A stretch of 63,961 nucleotides of DNA, filler included, from Klebsormidium nitens (GCA_000708835.1; 5 parts of 5 records of this genome joined end to end with filler, not necessarily neighbours in it); one strand, 5' to 3'. Shown: positions 24,645 through 39,149, counted from the first letter of the whole stretch. Made by a program: numbers and translations. The notes: a model not told the origin generated them from the letters alone.

Positions 24645-27600
24645 ATGGCTGCAAGTGCTTCCAATGTAGACAACTTGGTTCTGATACGCAACTATGGGTT
24701 CGCCCTTTTGGACGCGGGTACTCCCCAGCAGTTTGATCTGAGAGCATTGCAGAGCGCAGTCGATGCAGGAGGAGGACAGGTCCATGGGGGCCGTGAGAAG
24801 CAAATGTTGAAGTCAGTCTGCAAGGAAATACTCCAGAGCGGCCAGCTTTCTTTCGTCCGGAGGTGGCGAGCCAAGAAGTTGCTCGACCTCATTGAGGAGG
24901 ACACACACCAGAAGCATCAAGTAAGTTTCCGGCTAGCGATGGTTGAGCCAATGAAGCTGGTGCATCTTGACGCAAGACGATGCGACTAGGCAGACTTCTT
25001 TTCGAGGGTCAGTGCTTATGTGAGGTCATGTGTTTGTCAGTGTGTGCCTGATCATACATGCTGTTTGTCTGAAAAAGCGTCGAATAGAATGTAGCCTCTT
25101 GTTGGTAGCGGCCTCACAGATTGCTTCTTCTTGCAGAAAAAGTGGGAGAGGTTCACAAAAAGCTCTAACAACTCGAAGTGGGGTCACGACGACAAGCAGA
25201 TTTTGGACCCCACACAAAGGTGATTATGCGGACGGTGTTTGGCTAACAAGTCAATGGTACCTCTTTTGTTGGGCCAGGCAGCCCTATGCTGACTTGTTGG
25301 AGGTTGCCTGTGCTTCTGCGCCACGGTGTGCTCTCATACCCGCAAGATCGTGAATGTCATGCTGACCACAAGAGTTTGCGCTAGCAGTGTGAGGACCTTC
25401 TTTGTTCAGGACATTCTTGACACACTTCCCTCCGTCACTGGTTGTCTGTGTTCACGTTGCTGACCTTACCGTCTGACATATGGCATATCTCATTCCATAA
25501 GAATAACAGCACTTCAGAGCCAGGACCAGACAAGACAGTGACATCATTGCGGCATTGCGTACTGTTGGTCTTTTCTCAGGAGCCCAGACGTTGCACAGAC
25601 TACAATGCGTACTGTTGGTCTTTGTCAGGAGCCCAAACGTTGCACAGACTACAATGCAAACGGCAGAGAAGGGGCCATCGGGACTGGGAAGGGCACCGGA
25701 CTGAAAGGTATCGTAATGCTCGATTATCTTTCTTGCCTCCTATGCTACCTGCAGTAGTTCTTGCCGTGAAAGAGCAAACAGCCAAGTTGGCGCCAGTCGG
25801 TCTGCTCAGCCCCCTCCTTGCGCAATCTATGAACGCAGGAATTGATGACCATTGGACATCTTACGTGACGCTCTTCTGTCAATGGACACTTATGCTGAAG
25901 TCTGGAGCGCAATGCATCTGTTCAAATTTTCATCCCAGTCTACGTAAGATACCACACTAAGAAGCCTGCGTCTGGTGACCATCGCAGGTGGCCGCCGACA
26001 GCTGGAGTTGCCGAGATGGAGGATTCTGTGGCCGTAGACAGGTAGGAAGCCAAGCACCTTTGTGTAAGCTCAACATCCAGTTTTTGCATGCCTCTCGTCG
26101 AGTGTGTGCCTGAGGTTGTGCGGTTGTAAAGTTCTGACGGAACCGCGAGCACAAGCAGTCAATGCCCTGTTGTGGCAGGTAGAGGCTCAATGTCTCACTT
26201 ACTCTGTAAGGGTCTTAAGCGTAAACACATGTTGGCTGACGAGAATGTTTTGTCTTGCCGGGGTGCTCTGCTGGAAATGTTCTAATCTGACATAACCGCA
26301 AGCACAGACAGTCAATGACCTGTTCTGGCAGGCAGAGGCTCAATGTCTGACTTGCTTTCAAATGTCTTCAGCATAATTTCATGTTGGCTGATAAAACTGT
26401 TTCTCTTGCCTGGGTGCTCTGCTGACTGTCCCCCCTCGGCACCTGTCAAGAGTCCCTGCTGGTGTGACGGAGTAGACTGACACTGGTGAAACTCCTATGA
26501 GAGTAGGCTGAAAATGGCGAAACTAACCCTTTCTGCAGGCTAGCTGCCGAGGCTGTCGCGCATGGTTACATTTTGGACAAGATGGTGGAGGGAGACCGAT
26601 TTCTCGGCGGGGCCAAGTCGGACCAAGGCGCACGAAGCAGTGTTCTAGATGACGCCTATCCGCAGCAGGAGGAGCTCAGGTGAGATACTCAGCTGCATGT
26701 ATATCATGGCTTTCATCCAGCAGCTGACATTGTAAGCAGCGCTGCGTGGCACCACCCTTGACCTCCTTACAGAAGGGACCGTGTCAAAATGGTGGAGTTC
26801 AACTTAAGTTCCATCATGATTCTGAACCTATATTTGACATAACCTGTCCATGCCTTCAGTCCTCTTTTGCAAGCAAGCCGCGACCTCTTCTCAAAATCTT
26901 GTCACCTCTTGATGAAGACTGCTTGCAGCAATTCTGAAGTCCAAGTAGGAGAGTTTCTTCTTTCCGCGATCTCTAACAAACTGATAGATCCTAGCAATCA
27001 GCGTCTTTCACCTGCAATGTTTCAGGTTTTGAGAACCAGATACATCCCTGAATCATCTGATTATCAGCTCTTAGGCCCTATGTTCAAAAAAAATTATTCG
27101 CCAGTATAAGCAAGAGCTAAAGTGTACCCTCCTGCTTTCCTGCCAGAGAACCGAGGCCCCCGTCCTTCACAATCGCCCGGCCCGCTTCCAATCCCCCGTC
27201 ACAGCCCTACCCCGTCGTTGCCCGCGAAACCTTAGACCCTCCACCTCCCCCACTCGAAAACCACATTCTGAGACCGGTGCCTGCAAACGTTCAGCTTCCT
27301 CAGGGTGCGGCGTCGCTGTCAAAGGTCGTAAAGACGGGGTTTCAGAATGTGGGGGTAGGGACTGCTGCGAAGTTTAGTGGCGAGCAGGACCCTACACCTG
27401 ACAAGAAAAGCCCCATGATTGCTCATGGCCAACCCCGGAAGACTGTGGCAGGGGCCGAGGAGGGCTCGTTTGGAACTTGCGGACGGGGCGAGGGGCGTGC
27501 TGACGTTCAGGTTGCGGACGAAATGAGCTCTAACCGGGCAGAGCTGGGGGGTGGCATAGGACCGCCAGTTTTCGATTCGCTTTGGAATCTGCACAGCGAC

Positions 27601-30600
27601 GATATGGGACCCTTTTGGTTCGGGCGGCAGCTGGCGGGGCAGGATGGATTCCCACCCTACGCGGAGCCGAACACCAGCGACGGCGGCGAAACTGGAAGCC
27701 CGGGTTACAGCGTGGAAAGCGGGGCGGGCGACGAGATGGCTGACAGCCAGGAGAGCGGGGGGCGAAGGACAGTCATCACTGGGCCCCCGAAAAGGAGCTG
27801 GGAACAGGAAAGCCGCGGCATGGAGGGGCGTGCAAAGAGGGCGAGCCTGGGAGGGGGCCAGTGGGCGTCGGCAGTGCCTGATACGGAGATGCAACATGTA
27901 AGTGCTCACTTAGACGATTTGATCGACTTATGGTTCAAGATGCTCCCTTTCTGCCCTGTTTACAAGATAGGGATGCTTCCGAGCTCAAGTAGACAGTATG
28001 GTAGCGCTTTCTGCTTTGAATTCAAATGTTTGAGGCACTGTGTAGGCACGTATGCTTCCAAACACTTTCTGCATGTGATCAGAAAGCTTGGATTTAAAAG
28101 TTGAGCGAACTGCAGTCTTCTCTTCGATTGCTTCCCCCTTTCTCTTACCAATTTCTTGTTTTCTTTTGAGTCAATTTTGCTGAGATTCACAGTATGGGAG
28201 GTGAATTTGGAGAGCGAATCATTTCTTTTATTTTCAGACACGGCGCATTCTGCTCTTTTACAAATTATTGAATTGGCTATCAACACTTTCTTATGCTTTC
28301 CCTACGATCGTCTTTGTGAGCCGATGCCGGGAAGCATGGGTGGCTCGAGTCATACATTTTACATCGCGTTCGACCAGCATCAGCTCTCCTCGTTGTTGAG
28401 CGTTATTTCCGTCTTGTGCAAGCAAAACCCTGCACGTTGAGTCCGACAGACAAGCTTCCCTCTCTTTCTTTTTTATCCGGTCCATTTTGTGCAAGCCGAG
28501 TGAGTGAGTGTTGAATCTTTATCATAGCCAGTTTCTTCAAGAGCCGATTTCAAATTTCTCCAAGCTGCCCCTTCCAGCTGATCCGCAAGATGGTTGTCTC
28601 ATTGAGACCCCGGTTTAGGGCTGCTCGACAACATTTTGTCGATAGCGGCAACCTACTTTGGAAACGGACTACGCATCGCAGACCCAAATGATCGCCAACC
28701 ACAGGCATGCTGTCTAATCTCAAGGTTCTTCTTTTACAGCTTGCCGACGGCTTGTTTGAACCCCCTCCATCTCCACAGCCCCGCTCCGACTGTAACCGTG
28801 CCCCTTCCAAGTCTGCGAGCGCTGCATTCCAAAACCACCCCAAGAAGAAGCGCCACTGCCCTCATGCCCCGCGCCTCCCTCCCTTTTCCACTGCCAACCA
28901 AACCCCGCCCGCTGCGGTTCCTGCGCTCGAGACCCTGTAAGTTCCGGCCCCCGAACACAGCGAAGAGCGTCAGTCCCCTTCGAACGCCCGCTATACTTCA
29001 GACGAGCCGTCGAATCTTCCCTTCGCCCCGTTTGCCTCCCGCGGTGGCCTCCAGAGAGAAGGGGCTGATGGGGTCAGGCCGGCCCTCTGGAGCAGCGCCC
29101 CCTTGCCGATCTCGCAGCAGCTGCCAAATGCTGACCGGGACTGGTCTACGCAGTACTGTTTCCTGGGGGGCCCCGCGCTTCGCAAAGCAGCAGCGCTGTG
29201 CGGTGACGAGGGAAGGGACGGTGGGGAACATGGCGCGGGGGGATCGGAAGTGGAGGGACTTGCGGGGCGAGCCATGAGGGCTCTCACTCTGACGGAACAT
29301 GCACCGGTGCCTGGCGCGTACTCTGCGCATTCCGCTGCACTCCCTGACGGTGTCATCAAACCCTCCTCCATAACCCCGGTTATCAACGCCTGCCCCAGTC
29401 TGCCCAAGGAGAGCGCCGACGGCTTCGGGGGCAGCTCGCGTGTGCGAAGCGGCGGGTTCCAGCTGGAACCGATCTTCGGCCGGCAGCCAGAGCAAGATGG
29501 TCAGCGCCATGCTTCGGCAGAAGTGTGCGAGACTGTCGGCGGCCGCTCGGGGGCCTTCCCCGGGACAGTGGCCCTTCCCTTCAAGAAACGGAAATGGCGC
29601 TTGGGGTTGGAAGGCGGAAGCAAGTCAGGAGCGAGCGAAAGGCGGCAGCAGACCACCGACACCTGGGAAGGCGACGAGTGCCGAGAAGAGAGAGCTGCAA
29701 GAGGCGGGGAGAGAAAGTGGTCTCCGCCGAGTGAGGGAGAAGACGGAGAGCGCGTGCGCCAGGCGTGGGACGAAATGCATTTGAACAGTGCGCCCCCACA
29801 AGAAACCTCCTCAAGCGGTGGGGAAACAAAAGGCGACTGGGAGGAGCCAGGAGAAGAAACGGGGCAGCTGGCGAAAGCGAAAAGTTTGATTACGCAGATG
29901 CGGCACAGTGTGATTTCGGAGCGGAAGTCGAACTGGGCGGCGAAGACAGGATGGAGTTCGGAGAACGTGTTGAGAGTGAGGGTTTAGGGGAGGGTTACGG
30001 GCACGGTTACGAGGCGGGTCTCCAGAGTGGTTACGATGAAAGGTTCAACTGGCACGGGGGTTTTTCAAATTTAAACAGGGCGACTGGGAGAGAGACTGGG
30101 CTGCGCGGTGGGGGCGGAGAGCGCTGGTTTGGAAAGAATGCTCCTGGAAGTAGCTCGCTGAATCGTTGGATGACCCCCCGCACGAACCCTTTTCAGCAGC
30201 GCTCGGATAGGGCTCCGCCTTCACAGACCGGAGAATTGTCAGAGAGCCACGTGGTCTATTCTTTCAACGGCTGCCCCAGCGACGTGTCCTCCGCTCCGTG
30301 GGGGCTGGTCGGGCCCCCCCTGGAGGGGGGCTTCTGGGATGGCCTCCCCGAAAATGTGCGGAGTGTCAATTCGTTCCGGGGCGCCCCGCAGTCAGGCCCT
30401 GTCGGCGATGATGTACGAAGCGAGGGGCTGGAGTCACCGGGGAAAGGGCCCGGGGATGAAACCTGGTCGGGTAACCACGGCGGGGTGGGTGTGCGGGGTG
30501 CTGTGAGGAGACCGGTGCAGATCCCCGAGCAGGGCGAGACGGTGCCGGAAAGCAACCGGAACGAGGGGTTTGAACGACGCGGGCATCACGAATTCCAGCG

Positions 30601-30628
30601 TCGATTTGGGCGGCGAGGATTGTGTTAG
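24645..30628 (+). CDS. Multi-exon hypothetical low-complexity host gene (possibly disrupted)
   Basis: Exons with canonical sites: 24645-24920 (CAA|GTAAGT), 26539-26679 (GCAG|...AG|GTGAGA), ~27270-27897 (CAT|GTAAGT) and ~28740-30628 (G/E/S/P-rich). In-frame TAA at 28938-28940 and a frame change near 29900. Full model unresolved. Confidence 0.42.
25556..25657. repeat. ~50-bp tandem duplication (2 copies)
   Basis: TGCGTACTGTTGGTCTTT..CAGGAGCCCA.ACGTTGCACAGACTACAA at 25556 and 25606. Confidence 0.85.
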
Positions 30629-30631
30629 AAG

Positions 30632-30731
30632 NNNNNNNNNNNNNNNNNNNNNNNNNNNNNNNNNNNNNNNNNNNNTTAATTAATTAANNNNNNNNNNNNN
30701 NNNNNNNNNNNNNNNNNNNNNNNNNNNNNNN
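30632..30731. other. Artificial assembly spacer
   Basis: 44 N + TTAATTAATTAA (30676-30687) + 44 N. Confidence 0.95.
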
Positions 30732-31044
30732 ATGACATTAGGATGTGCCGTTCGCCTGTTGGTGAGTTGGAAAATCCCTGCCTGCCGTCTATTCTGACGG
30801 CCAAACACCCACTGACCTCCTGTATGCAAATAACTTCTGCAATATGTAGAGATGAAGTTTGCAAATTATTCTTGTTGTAATCTTCAGAAGTTGTTGGCAG
30901 AAGCGCCCTCCTCAGCATTCTTTAAGTCTTACATGCACAAGGCTGCGGGCGCTCGGGAGCATCTTCATCCGAACCTTTTGAGCCAACGAAGCAATTCTGC
31001 TCATGTAGCCACGTGCCTCTCAGCATCTATCTCCTGTTCTGCGA

Positions 31045-34000
31045 ATGGAGTTTGGCGGCCTGAGCATGCTCGAAATCGCAAACAAGTATGAGGCGGCTGG
31101 CCAAAAGAAAGAGGAAAACTCCCTGACGGAGCCGCCTGTATTGGTGAACAAATCGGACGCTGAGCCTGATGGGGGTCCGGAGAAGACGAACAGGAAGGAA
31201 GCTAATTTTCCAGATGATGAGGTATGTGTCTGCATTCCACAGAATTTTTAGAGCATTCAATGCATTGGTATCTGAAATGGTGTCAGCTTTTATCAATGTT
31301 TACATTGAAGGTGCGGTGATTTGCTGCCAATTGTGAGCGAGTGTGTGCCCTCTACAAACGCTCTTGTGCACATTTCGTGCCTTGGGCTGCTTAATGCTGT
31401 GCCTTTTCTTAGCGTAAGACTGGTCAATCCAACGCAGGTCACATCAGCAACGAGTACCTGCTCGTTCCTTGACTCCTTCACTTTCGCCCCAGTCATGACC
31501 AATAAGGAATCTGCTCAGACTCCTGAATGATCTTGCGGCTAGCGGCAATCACAGTCTAGTCTATGTCATGAAAGTACTGGACGCATTCCTCATTTTCAGC
31601 ATCGGACACACCAAAGTTTCAGTCCTCTTAGGTCTTGAAAAGCAGAACATATCATCAATCCAGGGGACGTATCTTCAATTCAACGAATGAAAAGTAACAT
31701 CACCGGCCTAGGTTATCTCCAACAATGTCCCACCTCACGTTGGGTTACAACTTAATCAAAACCAATGCCATAAGTCATTGATAGCTTCCTTCCTTATATC
31801 GTGCCACTGTGCTTTACTAGATTACTTTATATCGTAGCAGAGACACAAGCTATGTATTCGTCAGTTTGGTTTGCAGCCTGATCCTGCTGAAAAGCTGCTA
31901 GAAAACTCGTTTAGACTATGTTCGTTGTTACTTTTGTGCTATGCAATACAGCAATTCCCGATATCTTCTTCATACTACGAGTCCCCTCTTCTCCAAATGC
32001 AGCCAAACCCCGCAGAAGAGGCTCTGAAAGAGGCCAGCCTGGCGGCCCAACAAGCTGCTCAAAAAGCTGCGGCAGCCGTCTCACAGGTATGCATTAACAC
32101 TGCTTTAAACAGTCTGTAAGAGGAGATTGCGGAATTTTGGGAGTAACTGTGGAAAGCGCCTTCGTAGTATGCTCTGGGATTGTAAGCAGAGATTGCTAGT
32201 GGAATCTGAAAGGAGGCGTTTGAAAAGCGCGCAGGGTCTGAGAGAGGTAGCCGGAAGTCAGCACTTTTGTGAAATCTTTTGACATGCAAGAGAATTTTTC
32301 TAAGTGCATCTTCCTGTGGTTCCAAAAAGCATGCTAGCTTTGAATCTCAAACAGCCCGAATCGTTTTCGGAAGTAGTAAGTCTAGGACCCTTGATTTTGT
32401 ATCTCTACTTTTCAAATCTTGACAAAGCACCAGGAAAGCACCGAACACTTTTTCTGCAGCTTGGGGGCAAGTTGTCGACTTGGTGGACCAACCTGGATCC
32501 CCCCGCCGGCACAGAGTCCCAGATAAATCTTGCAGACAGCCGGACACTCGACGCGGCTCCGCAGGTTGCGCAGGAGGTCAACCTGCAAAGCACGTTTGGT
32601 CTGGGCGCTGAGGAGAATCTGATCGAGGGTGAGCATAAGGGCAACAGCGTATCATAAGAGCAACAGCGCATCATGTAAGGAAAGATGGATTTGAGAGTGG
32701 AGCAACCATGTCCCAACTGGAGAAAGTAAGGCGATGCTTGTTGAAGGAGAAGGAAAACCGTTGTGATGGAGGTGATTGATCATTAGCGACTGGGAGGGAG
32801 TATTTTGAAGGGTCAAAGAAAGGGGGGCTTCGAGGGCTTTCTTTGCGCAGCCCGTTGGCTTTCTGCTTCTATAAGCCAAAGGGCTTCCAACTCTGTTGTT
32901 CTTGGAAGAGCTGGATTCTAGATTTTGTCACAAACGGGGACTCCTGCAAGTCTGTGTGCGATGCTTTTTTCCATGAGGATTCAAGTAAAGACTGTTTCAC
33001 AGTCTTCCATCAAGTGTCAAAACTACACGGTTCATCCGCAATGCTTTAAGCAGCCAAACGCTTTCGCTGTTCGAAAAGCTCAACATGCAATACGAGTGGT
33101 CGATCTGACTTCGGGTTGAGAAACGACCCATCAGAATCAGGGGTTTGCCTGTAAAGCTCGTCCCGTTCGTAACTGAGCGTCCAACCCCCACTCATTCGGT
33201 GCAGCTACTTAATACTTATGCCATGCGAGATGGCACTACCGGCGCCTCAAGCAACCGCACACGTCAAAACAGATCACTATCAACGGCTAAGAAAGAGGAA
33301 AGTATACGCCACCTGTCTCAGTTTCGTGGTTCATCTCTCCGCAGCGTTTGCCTGTACACTGGTGCAAACGTACCGGTGTTTGCACAACGGCTACACCCCC
33401 GAACTCGTGAAGACGTACCGAGGGACCCTGTACATAACGGAAAAGCACACGTGCTTCCTCTCGACCTCGGACGGCGAAACTGAAACTGCGGTAAGGCGTT
33501 TTGTGCTGAACATTTTCTTCTTGCGATTCGACTTCCCGGTTCGAGCCGCCTTTCTATGGAGCCACGGCTCAAGCAACTTTTTGAAAAGTCAGGAAACAAT
33601 CAGTCCCTACAGGTTTTCTGGTTTCTGCGTTCATCCGGCGGAATCAATTACGAACTCCCTTGACGAATCGGGCTGCTTGAGCGAGTCTTTCAGGGTGAAT
33701 CTCTTGTTGGGAAGATTGTCTCAGATGGTGCGACTGCAAAACTTTCAAACCTGGATCTAATACACGCAAAGCGTTCCAATGAGCTTCTTCACTGAATCCT
33801 TCTGTAGACGAAGGCTAAGCATTGTTATGACGTACGAAGCAGAGTTTCTGACAGGAGACATTCACGCCCCGCCCAACGGCTGTCCCGCAGGAGCGCAACA
33901 GAGATCAATCACCAAGTTTTTTGGTGCCTTGCTAGCATCTTCGTCTCTACAACTCGCCTTCCGGCGGCCACAAGCCATTCTTTCGTGCCTTGGCTACTTA

Positions 34001-34480
34001 TTAAGGTTCTTCATTCCCTGTCTCTAGCAAAAGCGACGAGCATCTGTGTACTTTTCATACTTAGTCTCTGCCCTTCCGATCTGCAGTTCACTCTCGAGCA
34101 TGCAAAGGTGACGAGCGTTCTTCGACAGAGCCCCACGAGGGCCAACCAATCGGCAACGCTCAAGCTCGTACAAAGTTCCGACAACTGGGTAAGAGCGTCC
34201 GTTTGCTTCCTGAACAAATTTGCTGCAGGTGTCTTTGACAACTCCCGACCTTTTCTCCTTTCTTGCATCGTTCTCTGTCTAGGTAGATTAGCGAGAGTTC
34301 GTCGCTAGCGTTGTGATCATTCTCGCTGTGATTTCCCGGCATGCAAGGACACAAGCATAACGTTTTGCATACGAGTGACGTCCCTGTTTTGTTCAGATTG
34401 CCGTGCAGGACTTTGCCAGTGACGAGGAACTGGAGAGCGCCTTTGCCCTGTTGGAGCACAAGACAGACGAAACAAGCTAA
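31045..34480 (+). CDS. GRAM (PH-like) domain protein, six exons, ~253 aa
   Basis: Phase-consistent GT-AG model: 31045-31221, 32003-32086, 32460-32628, 33345-33490, 34087-34188, 34397-34480 (762 nt, TAA). The spliced product contains FGLGAEENLIEAFACTL...YRGTLYITEKHTCFLS, the GRAM F-x-L-P-x-x-E-x-L-x-x-x-F-x-C...G-x-L-Y-I-S/T...CF pattern. Confidence 0.75.
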
Positions 34481-35817
34481 TGTAAAGTAGAACATACAGC
34501 CGTCGCTTCCCATGCAACACTCGTCTTTTCCTGAGCGTCATGCGGAGATTCCTGGAACCGTCTGTACATATAAGTGGCTCCCTCTGATAACTGCTTAACG
34601 AGCACTATACCGGCAGGGAAGGGAGTCGTGCCAATTTGACTAGCTGTAAGATACTGCCAGGATACTGCCTGGGTCAGTGCTTCACTTACCTGCACCGTTT
34701 GAAGATGCAAGGCTCCCATTCAGCAGATACCAGGGCCGCGTCTCAGTAGTTGATCCATATCCTATTGTGCGCCGTTCAGCATGACGCAGTTTGTCCACGC
34801 TGGCTGACATCCGTGCGACTTCGTCTGACGATCCCTTCTCGAATCTGGACTCAGCAGACGTTGTGTGGCTCTAGCAAGACTCCGAAGGTCCGGCTAGTTT
34901 GGAGACAACATTGTCAAAGACCAGATTGGGCAGAACTCAGGAAATCATTAGGTGCCCGACTGCGACACAGTGAGCAGCTTTGTAGCATTGGCGATCTCAG
35001 TAAACAAGGTCGACGTACTTAGTCGTCCGAGGCTGTCCGGATATGCAAATGCAGATCGAATTATCGTACGCGCCCGGCGAAAGCACATGTGCACGCGCCA
35101 ATGCGTCGGACCATCACGCTGCATGCCAAATGCGCACGCAATGACGTTGATTATATGGCGGCATTATGATCTGTCAATCGATTGCCTAGCGATGTGCGTG
35201 CATGCCTTAAGTTGCGCCCGCGGGTGCATGCCAGGCCGCGGCGCGGCGCACTGACAGCTATGTATGCCAAACGACTGCAGGTCCACCGCGGCCCCCGTGG
35301 CAATATAGGGTAACCGGCTCCATGGGCTCGCGTACATGATTATATATGCAGACATACTAAGAGTGGCAGTGGTCGTCGATTGCATGAAACTGCGTTAAGT
35401 CTTTAGGCTTGATTGGGCATGATCGCGGCGTAGACGGCCAATATCCGCCGTTGTAGGAGGTCCCAAGTTTATTATTGGGCTAAATGAAAAGGCTCGGGCC
35501 CGGCCCTAAATTCCCAAGTAGTTGTTTTCAACAGACTTCAACCCCATAATCTGTTTAAGGCGTGGTATATGTGAATTCGTCGAATCCCTTCCAAGTCTGC
35601 GCCCATAATGCATCTGCAGATTGGGCGTGCAACAACTTGGGTGCGAGGTTAAGGGGCCCGAGCATGTATCAATCGGCTGCATGATTCAGACATAGGGCAT
35701 CAAGCACTTTACATCAGTGCCGAGGCCGCGACCATTGTAAGCTGCGCTGTTGTAATATGGGTTCTGCCATGAGATGAACGAACAGATTACCAAATTACTA
35801 TATTATTTACCAGATTC

Positions 35818-38800
35818 TCAAAGCTCGATTGTTGGCAGAGCACTCTTACTTTTTGGCGTCCGTTTACCAGACTGCGTGAACTCCCTTTCTTCCACAATCT
35901 GATTACCAAACAGGCTCACTAAATTGTTCCCCAGCTTCATCTGGAAGATGGACCCTCGCTTAGGGACCACTGCATAAAGAAACAATCTTCGTCGGTAGGC
36001 ATTCGGAAAGAACAGGAAAAGAAGGAAAAGGGATTGGATTGAGCTGACGGCAACAGCATGCGTCAAAGAGCCAACCAGAGCAAGCCTAATAATCAGCGGC
36101 GGGTGGATCACCGAAACTTGACACATCATGCTCCGGGTATTGATGCAGTCATTGTTCTCTTGGTGATCAATGTGATTGTTTCTCACTGCCTACATCGTGC
36201 TCAAGGGAGCGTAACTGAAATCAACAGAAGGACGCCTCAGCCAAACCACGCCCTTGAGCTTTTCTGAAGCCGTTCTGTTTTGAGAACGAGCCTCGAGTGT
36301 CTCAAGAACGGCAATGCGGATCTTTGCAAAGATGATTTTCAGAACCTTTCTCGTTCTTTTTCTTCCGCACGCTCTTGGCTATTTTCCGGCAACAAAAATC
36401 AGCTAAGGCAGGCGGATTGATGGCAACGCTCACCTTGCAGACGATTCTGGGTCGTTACCATCTGGAACGTGTTTTGCGTCTCCCGCACGATCAGGCCCTC
36501 AGTTCCAATGTACGTCGGATCCTTGGACGCGCTGACTGTTAAGATATGGACAGCACAACATTAGTGCGCAGCTAAAGTCTTCCTGCCAGACGGCTGACTC
36601 GCCTCACCACGAGTTTGCGCTTTACTTTGACAAAGATGCGAGCCTCATCTCCGGAGCAGAGAACAATGCGGAAGTCTGATGGACGCTCTCCGTGACTCTG
36701 CAGGTTCCAACATCAAGTATAACACGGATTGAGCGCTATTGCCACAAGCACTACTTTCGTTACTTTCGATAACGACTTCATCCAAGAGCAAGCGGCACAA
36801 AAGGACTCAAGTTTTAGATACAACGGCTGCGCGACTTACCGGACAGGAACGCACCATGGTAGTCGGCTGTGAGCAGGCGGGACATGAGTGCCTGGCCGCT
36901 GCAAAGGACAATAGATGCCACGTCAGCTTCCCTGGAGCCCTCACCTCAAAGCATTTGTTCGCAAAATCTTGAGGGACGACGATGAAACGGGAAAATGCTG
37001 GATATGTTTCAAGGCTTTCACCTGACCTGGTCGCACAAAACGGCTCTCTGACTCTGCCAGCTCTGCTTCGGCTGGATCCAGATTATGAGTGGAAAAAGTG
37101 ATTGCAAATGATATGGAGTTTCGACAGCCTCTCGAGAGAAACGGCCGACTCCTGATCTCTCAAAAGCCTGACTGAGCTGACGAAGTACTTGAAACGCAGC
37201 ATATCAAAATTGAACTTTTTGAGCTCCGAATGCTTTGCCAACCCTCCGACCTTAGCTGGTCAGGAAAAAGACCACGAGGTAGTGCCTGCAGCAGGCAAAG
37301 GCGAACTTGAAAGTTTGCCAGTACTCGGTCTCCTGTCTGCAGGATAAGCGCTGCCAGCATAGCTGCTTCGCTGATCTGAGCCTTTCTCATCTGCCCCGCA
37401 AACCTGACGGTTTCCAGGCAACTTCAAGTTGGTTGAAGGGACTATCAGATTGCAGTTGAGTGCTCACCCGCATCCTTGCGTTAGCTTCAGGATGTACTCC
37501 TGCCAGATAGCCTGTAAAGGCTCGTACAGTTCAAATCTGCATTTAGAGGAGCCGTCCGAGTTAGCAATTCAGTCAAAATGACGACAACACACATGAGCGC
37601 GGTTGGGAAGGACCTCTCAAGCAAGTCGTTACGGAAGTGACATACAAATGAACGGGTGTTGTTACAGGGAAGCCAGATCCATCAGGATCAGCGAGTTTTC
37701 AGTGCCAGAAAAAGATGGATGACCAATCTCTTAAAATCTAAACCAGGGCAAAAAGATTGTGAGGGACATCACAAGTTAGTGCCGTTGCTGGTACCTCAAC
37801 TCGGCAGAACCAGATCTCCTCCATGGCACAGGACACTTGTCCGGCCGACAAGACATTACCCAAGTCGAAGTCAGGGTTGCCTAGTCGGCCAGATTTGGCA
37901 GCTGACGCCAACAGCAACCATGCTTCTCAAGTCAGAGTCTATTCCTAGTTGGGTAAAGGGGCCAGTGATCGGGGGTCCATGTGCACTGAGGTTCTTGGCA
38001 GAGTCGACTGATGGCTTGGCAGGCTGGCACACAAATCAGGAGCCTTGTTGGTAGAGAAACAAGAACGGGGCTTAAGTATCGTACTATGACCTTACAACAG
38101 CTCGATCTCAAAGTTTGGAGCTCACCGTTGGAGCTCGGGTGGGATCTTGAATGTCCCATTTCGCCGGTGCTCCCTTAGGCTCATGTGCTTCAGACATCGG
38201 ACCGTCCGGCTTTGTGCATCTCGGTCCCTCCTGCTTTTGCCAAGTGCGGGATTGTCTAGGAGAACAATCTTGTCCTTGACTCGAGTACTGATTATCTCGT
38301 CGGGTCTGGTGACATCCCCCAGTAGAAGATTTGTTAGGAATGATTCAATGAAGGAGGATGGATCATCAACCTGCAAAGCAAACAATCCATCAGCTTGAAT
38401 CAATTTGTTCTGTGCCTGCGACAAGAAAGGTGCATCATAACCTGTAAACAACGCTTGAAACTGTCCCAGTTATGAGTACTTTTGCAAGAGCCTGCTTGTC
38501 AGGAATCAGGAGAATCATATTTGATAAAATGGCACAACCCTTGTGTAGCTGAAAACACATTCCCAAGTCTCACCAGAGATCGCACTTCAACAAGGGAATC
38601 TCTCAGTGAGCCTGGAAGACCAGCTACATGTAGTTCACCTGCAACATACAAGCACTGTATTCAGGTGACGTGGAAAACTGCATCTCAAAATCTGTCAACA
38701 TATTTCTGTGGGTCAAGTAGATGCAACTCATTTAAAGAGCATGTTTAAACTCATGGCACATGCTGTATCAACTCAACGACCAGTATCCAAGCACAACGTC

Positions 38801-39149
38801 GCAGCCTTTCCGGCAAACCAGTGCTGTCTGAGTATCCTTGCAAGTCATCCGCAATGTTCCTGCAAGGTTTCATTGCCCATTAGTAGATGGCAAAGTGTGT
38901 CTTTGATTCCAAAAGCAGCACCATCTGCAACACCACCTTGCAGACACTTTCTATGCATCTCAAACGTGGTTAGCATAAACAAATATTGATTGAACACCAA
39001 CCTTTTGATATTTTGTCTGATATCAGTCTTCTACTTGGGGACGATTCCTGGATTTGAAAACCTTCCTTGCAGATCGTCGACTTGGCTTGCCGTTCTTCTA
39101 AAGCAGCAAGGCGCTTGCGTTTTGCGTCAGACACGGCTGCGAGAGACAT
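35818..39149 (-). CDS. POP4: RNase P/MRP protein subunit p29 (POP4/RPP29)
   Basis: Phase-consistent exons 38370-38126, 37536-37468, 36898-36840, 36535-36434 and 35969-35818. They encode VKDKIVLLDNP...KHMSLREHRRNGTFKIP...FELYEPLQAIWQEYI...RLLTADYHGAFLSVSASKDPTYIGTEGLIVRETQNTFQMVT...VVPKRGSIF...TIEL. First exon from ATG 39149 (KRKRLAALEERQA); exon(s) between 39000 and 38370 are uncertain. Confidence 0.92.
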
